The notes under the pieces: model-generated
Told to the model about the DNA's origin: nothing
The model's database searches: none
Seen by the model: the letters and a program-made list of their open reading frames with translations, nothing else
In this document: in pieces, positions 55,722 through 64,000 of the stretch
How the letters are laid out: each line of letters opens with the position of its first letter
Position numbering within the stretch: the first letter of the stretch is position 1
Assembly: GCF_009914755.1 (NCBI RefSeq)
Contig: NC_060926.1
DNA length: 64,000 bases
Source: the human T2T-CHM13v2.0 reference genome, Homo sapiens
Strand: one strand, 5' to 3'
Made by a program: the position numbers and the translations under genes

Positions 55722-58299
55722 CTTGGCAATGTAGAAATATACAGAAATCTAAAATAGGATATATGCCCTCAAAAAACTTTTTAAACTTATCAGGAAAACT
55801 AAATATAAACTAGTAAAAAATTACGCTACAGCAAAAGAGTAAAATAATTTAGGATAACAATGGGAAGAAAAGAGGAAGGCAATGCATGTCTAAATTGACA
55901 AGAAACTCTCAAAGTCAAAAAAGATACTATATACTCTTGTGGGGAAAGAGAGATCTTAGCTGGGTCTACAAGAACAGCCAGAATGTACATTGGTAGTAGA
56001 GAAGATAGGAAATAATTCTAGGTGGATAGTGCTGCATGAACAAAGTATGACAAGAGAAAATATAAAAATAGATAAGCCAATTTGCCTAGAGATAATGGCT
56101 TATGAAAAAAAGTAGGTAACTATGGTGAAAAAAAATCGGCTATGAATGTAAAGCTCTAAAGTATAATTTTGAGTCTACACTTTTTTCTTGGGCATATTTA
56201 TATCTAAATGCTATGTAATTTGGCTTAATAAATTTAAACAATGTATTTTCAATTGCTTGGCACTAAATGTTTTTTGCTTTTGGTGGGGCAAGGCCCATTG
56301 ATTGGAGTGCTCACATGGACAAGGGGTAATGAATAGCAAGTTTAGCACAGAGATAATGTACAATATCATCTTTCTATTTCTGGTGACAGAGTTCAGAGAA
56401 CAGGAAGTCAATTTGGCAGCTTCAGCACAGCCTTGCCCACAATAAGCCTCATGCAGTAGGACAGTTCCTGGATAAAAGCAGGCTAATTCTAGGGTCCGAA
56501 AAAGAAATCTCAAGAATCACCTGATAAGAAAGCTGCTCTGACAAACTACTGAAATAAATTATGCCCTTTGATGTATCATGCCAGCTACACTCAGAAACAG
56601 AGATATTTTAGTTATGAAGGAACAGAGTTTGTTGATAAAGATTGTTTAGGTTCTCAGAGACATAGCTTGGGTCCTATGGCACCCAAGAACTGTGTTGTCT
56701 AGATTGTATGCTACACCATGTTGTGGCAGATATGTTTAGTTTTGAGAGGCATGTTGCTCATAGATTTCCTACTATCATGTTCTCATTCTTCAATCCTGAT
56801 GCTGAGATTAGCCCAGTTTAGTTGATCAGTTTTTCCTTTCCTCTATCCCCACTTCTTTCTTTCTCTCTTACTTTTCCAATAACCTATACTCTCTGTAATA
56901 CCTTCTTACAGAAATACTGCACAGTCTTATAATGATGCATTCTCTGACCCATTGGAATGTAAGACCATAAAGGCAAAGGACACACCTTATCCATCTCTGT
57001 ATCACCAGTGTACACAATTACTTGATGGTCTACTTTAACAATTATGACTAGAAATGAAGTAAATCAATCCTTAATACACAAAGGAAACTACGTGCTTTGT
57101 TCTGTGATGATAATCTCAGAAAAGAATAAATAGAATGAAAAAAATTAAGTGATTGAAATTTTAAACAAGGACTAAAAAACACATTGTGATAAATAACAAA
57201 AGCAAAATCCCTAAACATTCATTGTAGGTGACCATGCCAGATATATTCTTTGCATGTTGTATCCCTTTTTATTGATTATGTGACAAAAAATAGCAAATTC
57301 ATTCCCATCCAAATTTACCAGCCTCTACTTGGTATGATTATTACAGTGCATTTTATGGAACTATGTCAGTTTGTGACACTAAATTCCAAGACAAATCCTA
57401 TAGAGCTTTGAACTATACCTTACTGTGTCTGACAACTTTTAAACTTGTGCTTTTAATTTTAGCACAACCATATTTAGAACGTTGGTTTGAAAACTTGGCT
57501 TTTCTCTGTCCCCATGATTACAGCCTGCAAAGTAATCACAGTCCTTCTCCAGCTTGTTCCTCTGCTCACTGTGCACCTTCATTCAGGTATCAATTGATTT
57601 CTAATGAGCTATTAGTTCCAAGTGGCTCTGAAGACAATTAGAATCAACATTGTTTAAACTAAAAGGTAGTAATCACTATTCATATAGACATATGTGTGTT
57701 TAATTCCTTACCGGCCACCCACTTTCAAACCTTAGCCTGACAGCAACATTTCTCATACACTTTTGTCTCTAACATCTTCATAGCAACTAGCATTCTAATT
57801 TCTCGACTTTTTTTTACTTCTATTTCCCAGTGGGAAATCCAATCTGGTGATATAGTCAGTGACAAAGAACGTGCTAATTAGCAGATGAATGCAATTAGTA
57901 TTTACCTCAAATGTTTTCAGGTAACTTCTCTTTCTGACATACATAGTTACAGTATATGTCAGCATTTCTAATTTTACACAACATGTACTCAACGAAAACA
58001 TTGAAACACTGAAGAAAAAGACCACAAACCTAAACAATTCCATGTTAGTATTAAAAAGGATGAGAAATTCGAGCCTTTTCTCCAGTACAGAAGGTGCGTA
58101 CCTGACCTCTCTGCTCAGCCGGTGATGGCCTTCTCTCAGTCTCCAGAGGAAGTAAAACCCCTTCTCTTCCATGGAGCCATCTTTGTGTCCTTTTGCTATA
58201 TCACCATACTCATGCTGAAGTCCAAATTTTCTTCACCAGACTTTGACAAGTGTTCACCAATTTTTCTTGGTTCTGTTGCATTGTTGTCTGTTACATAAT

Positions 58300-58665
58300 T
58301 CTTGCTTTTCATATACTGTATACTTAGCCTTCTCCAACTAGACTGGAAACGACTTGAAGAGAAAGACTATCATTTATTTTCTGCATATATCACCGTACCG
58401 AAAAATACTGCCTTATGTTTCGTAGGCCCTCAATAAACACTTGCTGACTTAGGATCTAAGTATCTCAAGCACCTAACAGTATTAGGGAAATGGATTGATG
58501 GATGGAGACATGGAATGACTGATGAATGGATGGAGGAGTCATAGACATCAGAGTAAAAGGGAACCTAATAATAATGGTCTGATTCAGGCACTTCATTTTT
58601 CAGATGAGAAAACTGGGACCCAAAAAGAAGAAATGACCTCCATTAAGGACAACACTACTTAGCAT
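58300..58665. mobile_element. L2 tail (+, about 58300-58450) and MIR fragment (-, about 58540-58665)
   Basis: gtaggccctcaataaacacttgctga; cttcatttttcagatgagaaaactgggaccca. Confidence 0.55.
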
Positions 58666-59273
58666 TGCAATTTTTATTTTGTATTTGCTGACTCATCTCG
58701 ATGTAGTGATTCTCAAATCTTGTTCTCTATGCCTTCAACTAATTTTTCGCCTCCTCTGTCTCTGTGTACTTCATTGGGATTATTGGGAGTCTCCACATAC
58801 CGCAAGTGCTCAATACTTTTAAGAATTGTGGTGGAAATATTTGTTTTTAATCTCTCCCACATATCATACATTTGCTGGGGAAAAACAGATGATTGCCTTT
58901 TCTTTGAGTTCTGTACTTCTTCCTGCTTCTCACGTGATTATGCTCAGAATTGATAATGAGAGTGGCTCCATCATTCTGGGCTTGTGACTCTAGTCAGGTC
59001 TATTAGACCTGCTTTTCCAAAGATTTTTTCAAATTAAAACTGAGATGAGAGGTTATTTACCTGAGGGCAGAGTTAGGAAGATGTGAGCCCAGGAAGAATA
59101 GACAGCCTTCATTGTAGCCTGGGGGAGAAAGTTAAATAATGAGAATAAAATCTACATTTAGAGAGAAGCAAAACAAGGACCAGAGAAGTGACAAAACATT
59201 TAGTGAACGCCAAGCAGTCTGCCATAGTTCTACAAACCATCTTTTTTAATACCCACAAGAAATTGTATGAGCA

Positions 59274-59470
59274 AGGCCATTTTATGAGCTAGCCTATATG
59301 GTACCTTTGTGATTTTCAGAAACGCTTTTTTTTTTTTAACTCCAGGCAGAGAAAGACTTGTGCCTGGATGCATGTCTTGGTGAATATACAGCAGGCTGGA
59401 TTTCAGTCCACAAAAACCCCTCAGCAGGTACTTTGTGCAGTGCACAGCCTGCACAAGTGTATAGTGGCTA
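59274..59470. mobile_element. MER91-like hAT relic
   Basis: The terminal motif ttgtgcagtgcacagcctgcacaagtgtatagtggc resembles the MER91 end. Confidence 0.55.
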
Positions 59471-60848
59471 TAAGCAAAGTTAGGTATATTATTTCCATTT
59501 TATGGATGAGAAAATTGAGGTTCTTCTATGTTACGTAACGCTTCTTAAAAATGCAGAGAGTTTTAAAAAAATGCTTGTTCCCATAGTTAGTAACAGAGCT
59601 AGACACTTACCTGAACCAAAGGTTTGTGTACCTTTCATCTTATCTAAATGTTTGCTTATCTGTGCTTATTATTGTGCTTGCTCTCTTCCTCCCTTCTCTC
59701 TCTTACTCTCTCTCTCTCTCTTTGCAGGTATATGTATACATCTACTCTCAACTCCACTCTCATTCCTCCAATGGTCCATGGTAGAGGCACAGTCAGAAAA
59801 CACCCTAGTCTCTCTATTTGCATGGGGCTACTCAAGCCAATGGAAAATGCCAGCAGATGTTTTGAAATATGCAGGTACATATCAATAAAAATATAATAGG
59901 TTACTTCTAATAAGCATAAATTGATGTTGCTTCTTCTATCCTTAGTCCTTTCACAATTTCCATTTGAAAACAGGACAGAGATAGGGCCAGGAAAGATAGC
60001 ACGTGTGTGCACACACACACGCACACACACAAGCCCCTTCCAAAATTATGAGAAAGCATACCAGCAGAGCAAAGAGCTTCAAGTATCAGTTTGCACAGAG
60101 TTGGAGATTTTCAGTTCTGCCAAATGAGTCTAAATTCAACGGCAACATAAGGAGCTAAATCTGTTGGGTGAGTTATACTTTACCTGGATAAATTAGATGT
60201 GCTTGGGGGAAGTATTCATTCTTTCAAGTTGGTAGGACAAATTTCATGCATTGGGACAATTACTTACCAAATACTATAGGCCTAAAAGAGATAACACAGT
60301 TTGTAAAGCAGCTGCATCTAATTGACAGTATAGCTTACAAAAAATCATTGATCAAGGGCCTTTTGGTACACCATTATGGCTATACTCACATTGTGAAAAG
60401 AGATTGGAATGAGACCAGAGTCTATCCTCCAGCAGTTTGTAATCAAAGCATAAAGCAGAGCCTACTTTTCAGAAGCACTGGAGCACTAGGCACATTTTCA
60501 GGAAATAATTATGCCCAGTGATAAAATGTAGATATCCAGTTACCAAACTGAGAAAGGCTGTAGATACTTCACTTCAGAAATGAGAAAAAAAAAAAAAAAC
60601 TTGAACTTTTAAACTGGTGGAATAAAGGCAGAGCAGGGAAATTTGATATATATGCACAAGATGTGGTCCACAGCCCAGGGCAGGACTGAGTTTACAGGAA
60701 AGATGTCTTAAGAACATTGATATGAGGAGCAGGCTACCAGGCTGGTAGCTCTAATTGAACAAAGACCTGACCTCAAGGAATTTTCATTCCCTGGGGAAGC
60801 CAGACATATACATAATTAACTGCATTGTGTAATTGAAATGTGTTGTAT

Positions 60849-61000
60849 CAGTACTTCTCAAAATTTAATGCACATAAAAATGTTGGGAATTTGTAGATTC
60901 TGATCCAATAGGTCAGGGATGGTTACAAGAGCCTGCATGTCTAATTATCCCAGCTGATGTAGACACTGCTGGTCTGTGGATCAGGTGGCAATACAGGAAA
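60849..61000. mobile_element. MER5-like hAT relic
   Basis: cagtacttctcaaaatttaatgcacata...tagattctgatccaataggtcaggg...ctgcatgtctaa..cccagctgatg..ctgctggtctgtgga. Confidence 0.7.
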
Positions 61001-62110
61001 TTGTAGACATAGGAAAGTACTATGAGAATGTACAGTAAGAAACGTTCATGGAAGACAATTCTCAGAATATAAGAATCCTGAGCTAAGCTCTGGAAAATGT
61101 GAACCAAGAAGATTTGGGTTTTGTAATAAGCTCCAACAAACTGGTGAGCAAAAACTAGATATGCATTGAGGGGCACCAAATACTTGTTACTAGAAGCTTT
61201 CATATTAATTTGATCACAAGTATAAAAAATACAACAATAGCCACAATGAAAAAGGAAAGGCCATGGGTACATCTCTTTCAGAATACTAAATTGTAAAACA
61301 TTTGTAATTTTACAATCTTGGAAATGTAAACTCCAATTTGTTTTTCAAAATAAGAGTTATTGTAATGTGAACTCCGAATTTTCACGTTTGTCCCTTCTCT
61401 GAGTAAGCCAAGGGGATTGTGTTTTCATTCTGCTTTTATTTTGCTTGCCTGTTAGGAGAAACAAATTAAGGCCAAAGACTTTGTTTCCATTGACTCAAGC
61501 ACCAAATGACCTGTTTCAAGATGAGAGTAAACAGCGGTCATGTAGACAGCCTTTAACTATGCAGCAGGTGTTGACACCTGTAGCTACTTAATCCCAGCCA
61601 AGATAATTGCCTCTCTCTCAAGGCAGCTGGCTCAAACCAGCCATTGTACCCCCCATTACTGAAACTATTTGGAGATGTTAAGTCATGGCTTTCCCTCAGG
61701 TAATACAGGAATAGAGAGGAGATTTGGCTGCTAGGAGGCCACTTTTGTCAACAGTGCATGTTGTTTAACCCACACCCCTGATATTTTGGCGGCCAAGCCT
61801 AGAATACAGCACCTGGACAGCAGGGTCTTTAGCCAGACAACATCAGCCAGCAAAGGGCACCACCTGCCAATGGCTACATCTAGAATTGGCTAGAGGAGAA
61901 GCGCTGTGTGGGAAGGAGAGCTAATAACGCATTATCAGATTGGAAGTTATTAGCATCATTAAGATCCTCTACTAAATTTGGATAAAATAAATTTGACCCT
62001 GCAATTGATTAAGTAATTATTTTTTAGGGTTTAAGGTGTGTATGTGTGTGCGTGCATGCACATGGGTGAGTGCTCATGATGCAAGAGTGAAAATTTCTCC
62101 TGTACCCTAA

Positions 62111-62113
<3 letters not shown>

Positions 62114-62142
<29 letters not shown>
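62114..62142. repeat. (CA)n microsatellite
   Basis: About 14 AC units. Confidence 0.95.
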
Positions 62143-62147
<5 letters not shown>

Positions 62148-63748
62148 TTCAGGTTGTAAGCACTACAAATAGGTTCTCATTACACTGGAGATTAGCAGAT
62201 GCTCATTACCATTTATCAAATTAGGCATGAGAAGTGCAAACTGCTAGGACATCAGCTCTTCCTAATCACTGTGCCCTCACACTTCAGAAACACTGCCCTG
62301 TCTCCCATATTGCAAAATATTCTATTTCAATCTCCACTCCAAGTCCAAACAAAAACCTTTACATATAAAGCCTGTGTTCCTGAGAGAATGTTAAGCCAGC
62401 TTTTAAATGAGAAAACAATAGAGTAATAGGCAATCATAAGCTTTGAATGTTGAAATGAACTGCTGGAGGTCAAATAGTTCTGCTAGCCTTCAGGAAAGAG
62501 AGTATCTAAATAATTCTGTACAGATGGGCACTCATTCCAATTTTTAACATCTCCAGGGAAAGAAACTCTGCCTTTTTACTTGGTTATCTTATTCTAATGT
62601 ATTTTTTAATGTCAATTTTTCATTTATTTAGTCTATTTCAACCAATTTTAATGAAACAGATACTCGCTATGTCCAGATTTATATATTTAATTTAGGACTC
62701 CCAAAATTGGGGATTATGACACTCAAAAATGTGTTACATATTAAAATTTTTTAAATGTATTATTTTCTCTATATTACATACAATTAACAGAAATTATAGT
62801 TACAGGTACTTCATATATGAATAGTGAAAGCTTCCCATATGCTGAGCATTTCCTCAGTTTGTTCTATCAAAGCACTCATCCAAAAAATGTCAAAATGTCA
62901 TTAAAATCCCTCTTTACCACAACAGCCCTTCCAGGGATTTTTTTTTAACCTGCTTTTTTATCCCCTCAATTGTCATGAAACAAAGTGTACATTTGGAGAT
63001 GGCCTAGGTAGTCGAGAAAGTGGGAAAAGGGAATTTGCTGTGCTTTTTGACAACTCTATCTGTTAGATATAGGTGGGCTAATTTTCTTTCCCTTTCAGGC
63101 AAGATATGCACTGTATAATGTCTCTGCAAAATGCAACATCTTTTAAAATAACAAGCTATGAATAAGAAATTGGAACAGTGTTGCAGCTCCGAGCTTTATC
63201 ATGAATGTTTAAGAATATGCAGGAAGTCTAATTTGGTCAATTATTTTCCCCAAAGACACAAAAATAGCAAAACAGCAGACATGGCAAAATAACCTATGTT
63301 ATATGCTGTCAGAACCATATGATAAGACATTACTATCATCAGCAAAAGCCCCAGACTTCCCCAGCTGCAGTCTAAGGATGAATGTTTCTAAAATATACAC
63401 CATGGGCCTCCAGAGTTGGAAAAGTCTTGGAGATGCTTCTAATTTGCCTGTGGAATATTGTTCCTTAATCTGTCTCCACACAGATTGGGACACACCTAGT
63501 GATGGTTGCTCATCAAATATCTGAATAGGTAGCTAAGATACCATAGATACAAATGAATACTAAAGATCATTTAGATCAACCATTAATTTTGCAACTGGTG
63601 AATTAAGCTGCATAGATATTTAGGAACGTGCTCAGGGACATATTTTGAACTCAAGTTTTTAAAATCTCAGATCAAGGCTGAATCCGAGTATATCAAGAAA
63701 GAAAATATATTATTAAATTAAAATTTTATTTCCAGAAGACACAAATAA

Positions 63749-64000
<252 letters not shown>

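Overview
AT-rich, CpG-poor human DNA (a human-specific AluYa5 is present), either intergenic or deep intronic. I see no intact protein-coding gene, RNA gene, CpG island or CRISPR array. The long ORFs are decayed retroelement frames or chance ORFs. The main structure is a three-level nest at 1-7900: an old L1MA is interrupted by a two-LTR HERV-L/MLT2A provirus (583-7217, minus strand, tRNA-Leu PBS, an internal deletion of about 2 kb that fuses gag in frame to pol). The provirus is itself interrupted by an L1PA with a 14-bp TSD and a 5' inversion that lacks roughly 1.3 kb of the RT region. Also present are a near-pristine AluYa5 with a perfect TSD, a complete MSTA MaLR, solo LTRs (THE1, LTR1-like, MLT2A, MLT1, MST), Tigger2a, MER5/MER91-like DNA transposons, and L1/L2/MIR relics. 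Structures not explained by these repeats include a diverged 170-200 bp direct duplication (27.0 and 27.8 kb), two fold-back hairpins (25.1 and 32.5 kb) and a polyadenylated MER21 LTR fragment that looks retrotransposed. I found no convincing new biological system. Repeat subfamily names come from my memory of consensus sequences, not from a database search, and the boundaries of old repeats are approximate.
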